A stretch of DNA of 52,502 nucleotides. Origin: an uncultured Clostridia bacterium. GTDB lineage: Bacteria; Bacillota; Clostridia; Christensenellales; UBA1242. How positions within the stretch are numbered: the first letter of the stretch is position 1; each line of letters opens with the position of its first letter. Below the pieces are notes generated by a model that searched no databases, had not been told where the DNA came from, and saw only the letters and a list, made by a program, of their open reading frames with translations. The translations under genes and the position numbers were made by a program. Below are positions 1 through 7,551 of the stretch, in pieces. Location: contig CAMVKM010000002.1 in the NCBI GenBank assembly GCA_947168085.1, positions 1 through 52,502 of the forward strand, in the 5' to 3' direction.

Positions 1-3000
1 ATTGATAGTTTGCTGTTGGCGTAAAGGTTGCAATGTATGTCCCAGCATTTGTTCCACTAACCTGTCCTGAAACTGTTAGTTTGGTTGTGTCATAAGCAGT
101 CCATGAAACATTTTGTAAATTGCTGTTAAAAGTTAGTGTTCCGCTTTGGCTTGGCAATGCACTTGCATCAATATTTTGTTTTGCAATGGTCCAGTCAAAA
201 ATTAGTGTATCAGTTGTGCCATCGCTCCACTTGTAGTTTGCTTTTGGCGAAATTGAAAAAGAATAACTTCCTGCATTTGTTGCGCTTTGAGTTCCAACAA
301 TTTCCATAGTGCTACTGTCAAAACCAGTGATTGTTGGTGCTTGAACTGATCCATTAAAGGTTAAATTTGCACTCATTGTTGGTTTTGTTAGGTTTGCTTT
401 GTTTATCGTCCAACTAAGGGTTATTGGAGCAGTTGTGCCATCACTCCATTTTAAATTGCTTGTGCTGTTTAAATTTATGGTTATTGTGTAAATTCCTGCA
501 TCTATTGCTTTTTCAATTCCATCAATTTCCATTGTGCTACGATTAAAATTATCAAGTTCCAAAATTTGCAAACTTCCATCATAGGTGTATGTTTTATTTT
601 GTAAAACATTGTTAACAGTTTCCTGTGTTAATGTTGGTTTTGTTTGTTGAAAAACAAGCACAGGAAATTCATTTTGTGGAAAATACCAATTTGCTGTAGT
701 AAACGAACTTGGCAATCCACCCGGCCTTGTTCCTGTTGCGGTTGAAATCATTTGAGCCCTTGTTAAAAGTTTTGAAGCATTACTTGTGTTTGTGTAAGTT
801 GTGTTAGTTACACCACTCACTGCTCCACCAAACACATTTTCTGCACAAACATCACTGTTACCAAAGCAGTTTGTTATTGTAAGATTGCTGTAACTGCTAA
901 GTTGAGCACCAACAATGTTACCCATATATAAACTGTTAACATTACTAATAAGAGCTGAATTCCAACAATTTGAAACAGTTACCGTAACAGCAAAACTAGT
1001 AGTTCCACTTTCTAATATTCCAACAATACCTCCAGATCGATCGTTAGCCGTAGAAACAGAACCTGTGTTATAGCAATCTTCAACCAAAACTTTACTTGCT
1101 CCAACCGAAGACACAATTCCACCAGCATGCCTTGCAGCATAAATTGAACCTGTGTTGTAACATCTTTTTACCAAAATGTTGCTTGTTTGGCATTTATTAA
1201 GAAAGCCAAGAATACCGGCCGCTGTATATTTTCCTGAATAAATATGCCCTGTGTTGTAACAATCTGTTATATTTCCTGAACTCGTAGAATCAATACGAGC
1301 ACAAATTCCAGCAGCATCATTTAGTGATGTATTAAAACCAGAAACCCTGCCCGTGTTATGACAATTTGCAATTGTAAAACTATTCAATGAAGAGATAAAA
1401 CCTATAATTCCGCCTAAATCACCAGATCCACTAGAACTAATTAAGCCCTCGTTAAAAGAATTTTTTAAAACCATTGTGTTAATGTTATATTGGGCTTTAC
1501 CAACAATTCCACCAACACTTATAATTCCATAAACAGATCCTTTGTTGTAACAATTGTTAATGTTTAAGTTAGAATTACCCCAACCAATAATTCCACCAAC
1601 ACACTCACCACCATAAACATCACCAGCATTATAACAATTAACAAAATTGCGAGTAACACTTTGTGTTCCACCACTATCTCCACCACCAACAATCCCACCA
1701 ACTCTCATCACAGTTGACGAAGAATTTGATGTGTAAACCATTCCAAGATTATAACAACTAATGCAAGTAAAATCGACAGCAACATCATGGTAATCAACAT
1801 AACCAACAAGACCACCAACTCTACCATTACTCTCAACGCTGTTTACTTTGCCTTTGTTATAACAATTTCTTAAAAACACTTTTGAAGCATAATAACATGT
1901 GCCAATAACACCACCCATATAGGCTTTCCCTGATATTTCACCTGAATTATAAGAATTTGTTAATGTTGTTATGCTTCTTGTATGTCCAACAAGACCTCCA
2001 ACATCATTTTGATAACCCTCAATTTTACCTGAATTGTAACAATCAGAAACGGAGACTTCCGCATTTTCAGAAACACCAATTAATCCACCAACATACTTAT
2101 CTGAAGTGGTTGAAATTTTGGCTGTGTTATAACAATTTTTTAAATATAAAAACCCCATACTTGTTAATGAGTAAAATTTACCTACAATACCACCTGTTTG
2201 AGCGTTTCCAACAATTTCTCCATTATTGTAGCAGTTTTTAATATAAAATGTTGAATTGTATGAGTCTGATACCCGACAAAACCCAACAATTCCACCACCA
2301 TATGAACCGACACAATTTACTTTTCCTACATTAAAACAATTTTCAATAATTCCTGTATTGCTACAAAATTCACCAAGTATACCTCCGGATGTGTTATTAG
2401 AACTTGAAATAATTCCCGAATTTGAACAATTGTAGATAGATATTGTTGCTGCCCCATTCCAAGGGCTACCAACAATCCCACCAACAATGCCGTTTGAAGC
2501 CGTTATATTTGCTTCATTTTTGCAATTAATAATAGTTACACTTCCGGCAACTCTTCCACAAATTCCACCAACCCTGTTATGCGCCGTTACTGTCGCTTTG
2601 TTTGTTAAATTTTCAAGAGTGGTGGCACCATTAACAACACCCACAAAAGATCCAACCCTACCTTCGCCATCAGTGTAAGTACTTGTAACAGATCCACTTG
2701 CAATTGTTAAATTTTTTATGTATCCACCCATCGTTGCAAACAAACCACATTCAGCAGCATTATAATTAATAGTTAAGTTTGAAATGGAAAAATTGTTTCC
2801 ATCATAATAATAAGTTTTAGATGGAAGGGGTGTAAAAGTTTTGCTCCCCATATCTAAATTTGCTGTTTGTTTAAAATATTTTCCATTGTTCAAGTTACGA
2901 ATATAGTTTAAATTGGCTGGAGTTGCAATAATATAGGGATCATCTATAGTGCCAGAGCCTGTTGGCATAGTGGAATCTGAACCATTCCAAGCTGAAGATG

Positions 3001-3172
3001 CAGGATCATCAATTGGAGAAACAATTTCAAGATTTTGTGGTTGTGCTTTTTGTTGTGTTAACTTAACAACTAAAAGCCCCCCCCCCGCAAGGGTTAAAGC
3101 AAGAATTACGCAAATTAAAATAGTCTTCCAATTTTTTAATGCAAAACCTTTAAAACTTTTGTTTGTTTTCAT
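1..3172 (-). CDS. Membrane-anchored GLUG-motif beta-helix surface protein with C-terminal MBG-like Ig repeats. It is partial (3' end lies beyond the left edge) and is absent from the supplied ORF track.
   Basis: Manual translation of the minus strand from ATG at 3172..3170 (GGGGA RBS about 6 nt upstream) stays open to position 1, giving 1,057 codons. The N-terminus MKTNKSFKGFALKNWKTILICVILALTLAGGGLLVV is a signal-anchor. A GSGTIDDPYIIATPANL entry motif follows. I count about 18 repeats of the (N/D)CYNxG ... GG(I/L)VG type, as in the GLUG motif family. The C-terminal part has repeats such as KTYTYDGSLQ..AGIYTITI..NLKWSDG..LSWTI. The track probably missed this ORF because no stop codon lies inside the window. 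Confidence 0.85.
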   Translation of the reverse strand, partial: MKTNKSFKGFALKNWKTILICVILALTLAGGGLLVVKLTQQKAQPQNLEIVSPIDDPASSAWNGSDSTMPTGSGTIDDPYIIATPANLNYIRNLNNGKYFKQTANLDMGSKTFTPLPSKTYYYDGNNFSISNLTINYNAAECGLFATMGGYIKNLTIASGSVTSTYTDGEGRVGSFVGVVNGATTLENLTNKATVTAHNRVGGICGRVAGSVTIINCKNEANITASNGIVGGIVGSPWNGAATISIYNCSNSGIISSSNNTSGGILGEFCSNTGIIENCFNVGKVNCVGSYGGGIVGFCRVSDSYNSTFYIKNCYNNGEIVGNAQTGGIVGKFYSLTSMGFLYLKNCYNTAKISTTSDKYVGGLIGVSENAEVSVSDCYNSGKIEGYQNDVGGLVGHTRSITTLTNSYNSGEISGKAYMGGVIGTCYYASKVFLRNCYNKGKVNSVESNGRVGGLVGYVDYHDVAVDFTCISCYNLGMVYTSNSSSTVMRVGGIVGGGDSGGTQSVTRNFVNCYNAGDVYGGECVGGIIGWGNSNLNINNCYNKGSVYGIISVGGIVGKAQYNINTMVLKNSFNEGLISSSGSGDLGGIIGFISSLNSFTIANCHNTGRVSGFNTSLNDAAGICARIDSTSSGNITDCYNTGHIYSGKYTAAGILGFLNKCQTSNILVKRCYNTGSIYAARHAGGIVSSVGASKVLVEDCYNTGSVSTANDRSGGIVGILESGTTSFAVTVTVSNCWNSALISNVNSLYMGNIVGAQLSSYSNLTITNCFGNSDVCAENVFGGAVSGVTNTTYTNTSNASKLLTRAQMISTATGTRPGGLPSSFTTANWYFPQNEFPVLVFQQTKPTLTQETVNNVLQNKTYTYDGSLQILELDNFNRSTMEIDGIEKAIDAGIYTITINLNSTSNLKWSDGTTAPITLSWTINKANLTKPTMSANLTFNGSVQAPTITGFDSSTMEIVGTQSATNAGSYSFSISPKANYKWSDGTTDTLIFDWTIAKQNIDASALPSQSGTLTFNSNLQNVSWTAYDTTKLTVSGQVSGTNAGTYIATFTPTANYQ
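3077..3086 (-). repeat. Homopolymeric G10 tract (C10 on the plus strand) inside the signal-anchor codons of the GLUG protein
   Basis: Plus strand reads aaaag-cccccccccc-gcaagg. On the coding strand this is CTT GCG GGG GGG GGG CTT (L-A-G-G-G-L), about codons 29-32. It is the only G/C run longer than 6 that I found in the window. Confidence 0.9.
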
Positions 3173-3199
3173 GAGTTTTCCCCTTTGTTTTAAAATTTC

Positions 3200-4156
3200 T
3201 TAATTATTTCTTCGTTTTGGATCAAGAAAAAGTGACAAAACAACAAACACACCAATCAAAACAACTGTACCACTAAGCACACCAATAATGTAAGGCAAAG
3301 TGTTTGTTTTGCTTTTTATTTCCCAAAAAACATCAATGTCGCCTGTTGTTTTTGTGTTCCACTGGTAATTGTAGTAGTCTTTTAATGAAAGTTTTGTTTT
3401 GTAGGTTCCAACATCAGTTGCTTTTCCATAAGAATCAAGAGCAAGAACTTCATCATCAAACCACTCAAAGTAGTTTCTTAAGTCTATTTCTTCACCTGTG
3501 TAAACAAAAGTTTTCTGTTTTAGTTTTGGAACATTTAGTGTTGCTTTTTGTATGGACCAATTAAAAGTTAAATCGTTTGTAGTATCGTTAATCCAAATGT
3601 AATTTGTTTTGTCTTTTAATGAAACTGTTGCCGTGTAATCTCCAGCATTAATTTTTGTTGTGTCACCCGAAAGAGTCATAATGGTTGTGTCAATTGGTTC
3701 GGAAAATTGAATTGACTGCATGGCTTTGTTGTAGGTGAAATTGTTACTGCCAGAAAGCGTTGGCTGAGTTACAACAATTGGTGTTATTTGCCAACCAAGA
3801 TATCTTGTTGCACCTGGCTCGCCATCACTCCAAGCATAATTGTCAGGATCAGATAATGTAATCACAACAACATAGTTTGAATTTGCATCTTTTCTTACCA
3901 AATCACCTTCAAGTTGCATTGTGTCTTGGTCATAACCAGACATCACTTCTTGAATGTTGTAGTTGTTGCCTGAGTACTCAAAAGATGATGTTAAAAGAAC
4001 TGGTTTGTCTAAAAGCGTTTTTTCTGGATCTACTCGAACCTGCGAACTTGGTGTTATTTCATTTTTTTCGTTTTGAACATTCAAAACACCAAAAAGCAAC
4101 AACACAGCAATGCCTAAGACAAAAATTGCTGTAAAAAATTTTGTCGCAATTCTCAT
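3200..4156 (-). CDS. Doubly anchored surface protein (N-terminal signal-anchor, C-terminal TM tail) with three MBG-like Ig repeats
   Basis: The track ORF is 3200..4201. I prefer the ATG at 4156 (MRIATKFFTAIFVLGIAVLLLFGVL) because AAGGAG lies 8 nt upstream. There are three units of about 85 aa with an F/Y-x-Y-x-G ... (A/V)G(D/T)Y ... NY.W ... W.I signature. The C-terminal hydrophobic helix LPYIIGVLSGTVVLIGVFVVLSLFL is followed by a KRRNN tail. The stop is 27 nt upstream of the GLUG gene start, which suggests an operon. Confidence 0.75.
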   Translation of the reverse strand: MRIATKFFTAIFVLGIAVLLLFGVLNVQNEKNEITPSSQVRVDPEKTLLDKPVLLTSSFEYSGNNYNIQEVMSGYDQDTMQLEGDLVRKDANSNYVVVITLSDPDNYAWSDGEPGATRYLGWQITPIVVTQPTLSGSNNFTYNKAMQSIQFSEPIDTTIMTLSGDTTKINAGDYTATVSLKDKTNYIWINDTTNDLTFNWSIQKATLNVPKLKQKTFVYTGEEIDLRNYFEWFDDEVLALDSYGKATDVGTYKTKLSLKDYYNYQWNTKTTGDIDVFWEIKSKTNTLPYIIGVLSGTVVLIGVFVVLSLFLDPKRRNN

Positions 4157-4191
4157 CAATCTTACTCCTTTTTTATTCCTATTATGCAGAT

Positions 4192-4220
4192 AGTATAACA
4201 CAAAAAAATTTTTTTAACAA
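4192..4220 (-). promoter_or_regulatory. Candidate sigma-70/SigA promoter for the MBG/GLUG gene pair
   Basis: Minus strand reads TTGTTA (4220..4215), 17 nt spacer, TATACT (4197..4192). A TG lies at the extended -10 position (TGTTATACT). The -10 is about 35 nt upstream of the ATG at 4156. Confidence 0.5.
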
Positions 4221-4300
4221 ACGATTTTAAGTAATTTTTTTAGACATTCTAAAATTTTTTGAAAATATTTTGGAAAAATGTTTCCTTAAAGTTTGTTTTG

Positions 4301-4309
4301 TGTTATAAT
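4301..4309 (+). promoter_or_regulatory. Candidate extended -10 promoter (TGTTATAAT) for the U32 gene
   Basis: TGnTATAAT lies at 4301..4309, 27 nt upstream of the ATG at 4336. The -35 is weak (TTTCCT at a 17 nt spacer). It is divergent from the 4192..4220 promoter. Confidence 0.45.
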
Positions 4310-4335
4310 TAAAAAAGATTTTGGGGGGAAAACTT

Positions 4336-6660
4336 ATGACAAAAACAGCTGAACTTTTGGCTCCTGTTGGAAATTGGGGCATGCTTAACACTGCCATAAA
4401 CAGTGGCGCTGATGCGGTTTATTTGGGCTTACAAAACTTTAATGCAAGGATGTCTGCAGACAATTTTAATGATGAAAACATCAAAGATTGTGTAAAACTT
4501 TGCCACAGCCATGGCATTAGAGTTTTTGTGACACTTAACACACTTGCAAACAATGATGAAATGAAACAAGTTTTAGAAACAGTTAAAACGGCAGTGGAAG
4601 CAAAAGTTGATGCTTTTATCGTGCAAGATTTTGGAATTGTAAATGTTTTGAAAAATTGTTTTGAAGGGATTGAACTTCATGCCAGCACACAAATGGGCAT
4701 ACACAATCTTGAAGGAGCAAAAATTGCAGAAAGTTTGGGAATTAAACGAATTGTGCTTTCAAGAGAAACAAAACTTGAAGACATTAAACAAATTCACAAA
4801 AACACCAATTTGGAACTTGAATTTTTTGTTCAAGGAGCTCTTTGTGTTGCATTTAGTGGAAACTGTTATTTTAGCAGCTTTATGCAGGATGAAAGTGGAA
4901 ACCGTGGCAGATGCAAACAATTTTGTAGAATGAAATATGTTGCAAGCACTGACAAAAATTGCGAAGAACAATATTTGCTTTCGGCACGAGATTTGTGTTT
5001 GATTGAAAATTTAAAGGAATTAATTGATGCAGGAATTTGCAGTTTTAAGATTGAAGGACGGCTTAGGCGTGAAGGCTATGTTGCTCAAACAGTGCAAAGT
5101 TATCGCCTTGCCCTTGACTGCCTTAAAAACAATAAAATTTTTGACATCAACAAAGAAAAGTTTTTGCTTAAAAAAGTTTTCAGTCGTGGAGACTTTTTGG
5201 AAAGAGCGTATCTTGACACTGGCGTGCCAGATGATGTGATAAACCCAAAAACACAAAATCACTTGGGAATTTTTGTTGGAAAAGTTTTGGATGTAAAACC
5301 TTTTAAAGACCTTTTTAAAGTTACCATAAATTCAACTCACAAACTTTCTTTTGGTGATGGCCTAAAATTTTTGGACGGCGAAAAGCAAATGTTTAGCCTT
5401 GGAGTTGGAAATGTTGAAGAACTTGGAAACAACAATTACAACATTTTTACAAAACACAAAATTAAACCTGGATTTAATGTGAATTTGATTTTGGACAGCG
5501 TTTTTGAGGAAAATTTGCTCAAAAAAACAAAAAAAATTGATTTTTCGGCACAAATTTTTGCATTTGCCGGAAAACCAATCAGTTGCACACTTGAAAGTGA
5601 AAACGTTAAAACCACATTTGAAGGTTGTGTTTTGGAGCCCGCAAAAAACGCTCCCACAACAAAAGAAGAAATTGAAACACAATTTAAAAAACTTGGTACC
5701 ACCGATTTTAATTTGACAAAACTTGAAATTTCTTGTGACAATGTGTTTGTTCCAAAAAGTGTTTTAAATGGATTTAGGCGTAATGCTCTTGAAATGCTAA
5801 AAAACAAAATTATTGATAGTTTTGAGAAAAACATTAATGTTAAAACAAATGAAAAAGAAATTGACAATTACAAAAAATTTAAAGCAGCAAAAACTGATGC
5901 CCTGAACAAAAACGTTTTAATTTTTGATGAAGACAATTTTGAACAATTAAAACAAAACAAAGAATTTTTGAAAGACAGCATTTTGATTTTTTCACCACAA
6001 AATTTTGCAGCAGCAAATTTTGATGATTTTGAAAAGGAATTTGACGATTTTGAAATTGGATTAAATTTGCCAATTATCGCAAACTTTGAAGATACAAAAA
6101 TAATAAAAAATATTTTAGAAAAACACAAAAACTTTTGGGTTGTTGCAAATAACCTATGGGGATTTTGTTTTGCAAAAATTCACAAATTAATAGCGGGAAC
6201 TAACATGAACGTTTTTAGTGATTTTTCAAAACAAACATTACAAAACTTGGGCGCAAAAATTTGCACACTTTCAATTGAACAAGAATTAAAAAATGTTGAA
6301 AGTGAATTTCTTCTGTATGGCTTTGGTTTTGCCACTCTTATGACATTTGCACACTGCCCTTTTAAAACTTTAAACAAAAACTCTTGCCAAAATTGCACCT
6401 TTGACAAAAGTTTGTTTTACAGCGACATAAACCAAAATAAATTTAAAATTAGAAGAATTAAATTAAGCCAATGTTATTTTGAGCTTTTGAATTCAAATGC
6501 TATAAACAACATTGGTTTGTTCAAAGAAAAAATGATGCTAGATTTAAGAAATATTGATGATGAAAAACTTAAACAAATCGCAAAAAATTTAAGCTTGAAC
6601 AATAAACTAAAATTATTTAAAAACGAAATTAATGGAAAAATCTTTAAGCAAGTTTTGTGA
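4336..6660 (+). CDS. Peptidase U32 family protein (long form, collagenase/PrtC-like)
   Basis: The U32 signature E-x-F-x2-G-[SA]-[LIVM]-C-x4-G-x-C-x-[LIVM]-S is matched by EFFVQGALCVAFSGNCYFSS. The N-terminus ELLAPVGNWGMLNTAINSGADAVYLG is typical of the family. The preferred start is ATG 4336 (MTKTAELL), preceded by a GGGGGGAA RBS. The track's TTG at 4321 lies inside that RBS. Confidence 0.85.
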   Translation: MTKTAELLAPVGNWGMLNTAINSGADAVYLGLQNFNARMSADNFNDENIKDCVKLCHSHGIRVFVTLNTLANNDEMKQVLETVKTAVEAKVDAFIVQDFGIVNVLKNCFEGIELHASTQMGIHNLEGAKIAESLGIKRIVLSRETKLEDIKQIHKNTNLELEFFVQGALCVAFSGNCYFSSFMQDESGNRGRCKQFCRMKYVASTDKNCEEQYLLSARDLCLIENLKELIDAGICSFKIEGRLRREGYVAQTVQSYRLALDCLKNNKIFDINKEKFLLKKVFSRGDFLERAYLDTGVPDDVINPKTQNHLGIFVGKVLDVKPFKDLFKVTINSTHKLSFGDGLKFLDGEKQMFSLGVGNVEELGNNNYNIFTKHKIKPGFNVNLILDSVFEENLLKKTKKIDFSAQIFAFAGKPISCTLESENVKTTFEGCVLEPAKNAPTTKEEIETQFKKLGTTDFNLTKLEISCDNVFVPKSVLNGFRRNALEMLKNKIIDSFEKNINVKTNEKEIDNYKKFKAAKTDALNKNVLIFDEDNFEQLKQNKEFLKDSILIFSPQNFAAANFDDFEKEFDDFEIGLNLPIIANFEDTKIIKNILEKHKNFWVVANNLWGFCFAKIHKLIAGTNMNVFSDFSKQTLQNLGAKICTLSIEQELKNVESEFLLYGFGFATLMTFAHCPFKTLNKNSCQNCTFDKSLFYSDINQNKFKIRRIKLSQCYFELLNSNAINNIGLFKEKMMLDLRNIDDEKLKQIAKNLSLNNKLKLFKNEINGKIFKQVL

Positions 6661-6682
6661 TTTTGCAAAATTTTGCTTCAGA

Positions 6683-6718
6683 AAAGCACAAAAAACTTGA
6701 TTTTTGTGCTTTTTTTTG
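6683..6718 (+). terminator. Rho-independent terminator after the U32 gene
   Basis: Hairpin GCACAAAAA / loop ACTTGA / TTTTTGTGC followed by a T8 run, beginning 23 nt after the TGA stop. Confidence 0.75.
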
Positions 6719-6786
6719 TTACTTTTTAAATTTTGGTATTAAAAAAAATTTGTTGGAAACAATTTTGGTTGGAGGTGTGAAACACT

Positions 6787-6990
6787 ATGAAAAACAACAT
6801 TACAACAAAAGATTTACAAGCCCTGGATGAAATGATGATACTAGAAAATTGGATAGCAACAAAATTTTATTTGCACTCAAGTAACGCTAAAGATGACAAA
6901 CTTAAAAAAACACTTCTTGAAATGGGAAAAACTCATTTAAAACAACACGAAGAAATTTTAAGTTATCTTGAAAAAGGAGGTGAAAAATAA
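6787..6990 (+). CDS. Small helical protein, partner of the CotF-like gene
   Basis: 67-aa ORF with a GGAGGTG RBS upstream. Its TAA stop overlaps the next ATG (TAATG). Its function is suggested only by the coupling to the Coat_F-like neighbour. Confidence 0.55.
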   Translation: MKNNITTKDLQALDEMMILENWIATKFYLHSSNAKDDKLKKTLLEMGKTHLKQHEEILSYLEKGGEK

Positions 6991-7268
6991 TGCTTCCAAC
7001 CGAACAAGAAATATTGCAAGATGGACTTTGTGCAACAAAATACTTAATGCAAATGTGCACAAAAAATCAAATTGAAGGCAGCAACAAACATTTAAGAACT
7101 TTGTTTGAACAAATGCATAAAACAGCATCTGAACACAATTTTAAAATTTTTGAAATGATGCAAGAAAAAGGTTATTACAAAACCATGCCAACCGATGAAA
7201 AGCAAATTCAGCAAAAACTTGCAATGCACAAAGATATGCAAAACAAACTTGAAAACAAATTCTGTTAA
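6990..7268 (+). CDS. Spore coat protein F-like (Coat_F / ferritin-like four-helix family) protein
   Basis: TEQEILQDGLCATKYLMQMCTKNQIEGSNKHLRTLFEQMHKTASEHNFKIFEMMQEKGYYK resembles the Coat_F pattern: E..L.D.L...K.....Y, then N..LR..F, then GWY/GYY. A GGAGGTG RBS lies inside the upstream ORF. Confidence 0.65.
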   Translation: MLPTEQEILQDGLCATKYLMQMCTKNQIEGSNKHLRTLFEQMHKTASEHNFKIFEMMQEKGYYKTMPTDEKQIQQKLAMHKDMQNKLENKFC

Positions 7269-7270
7269 AA

Positions 7271-7298
7271 AAAACTTGGTAAGTTTACCAAGTTTTTT
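7271..7298. terminator. Bidirectional rho-independent terminator between convergent units
   Basis: Perfect palindrome AAAACTTGGTAA-GT-TTACCAAGTTTT, flanked by an A-run on the left and a T-run on the right. It sits between the CotF-like stop (7268) and the zinc-ribbon gene stop (7297..7299). Confidence 0.8.
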
Positions 7299-7551
7299 AT
7301 TGTTTTTTCCACCTTTTTAGTGTTGGAAACAACTTTGTGCAAAACTCTTTCATTTGCTTGTTTGTCATGCCCGCTTGTTCTCCAAACTTTGAACACATTT
7401 CAATATAATCTTCCATTGAAACATCATCTAAAAACTCACCATTTTTATAGCAATATTTGCAATAGTCTTGATTTAATTTTCCATCTTTTTCAGTTCCCAA
7501 CTCTTGCTCATTTTTTAAAGGCATACCACAACTTTGACAAATTTTGTTCAT
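7297..7551 (-). CDS. Putative zinc-ribbon domain protein (Zn_ribbon_2-like)
   Basis: MNKICQSCGMPLKNEQELGTEKDGKLNQDYCKYCYKNGEF contains CxxC ... CxxC followed by a helical tail. The preferred start is ATG 7551, which overlaps the upstream TGA (TGATG). The track's start at 7608 would overlap the upstream gene by 58 nt. Confidence 0.65.
   Translation of the reverse strand: MNKICQSCGMPLKNEQELGTEKDGKLNQDYCKYCYKNGEFLDDVSMEDYIEMCSKFGEQAGMTNKQMKEFCTKLFPTLKRWKKQ

Noticed and set aside
1957-3203. Plus-strand ORFs of 63-94 aa listed in the track.
   Set aside because: They are antisense shadows of the long unlisted minus-strand GLUG gene. They have low-complexity composition and no RBS.
3230-3300. LPYIIG near the C-terminus of the MBG protein, considered as a possible sortase signal.
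   Set aside because: It does not match LPXTG. The segment is simply the start of a TM helix followed by a basic tail.
4321-4335. The track gives a TTG start for the U32 peptidase (MGGKLMTKT).
   Set aside because: The TTG lies within the purine-rich GGGGGGAA stretch that serves as the RBS for the ATG at 4336. The family N-terminus begins near MTKTAELLAPVGN.
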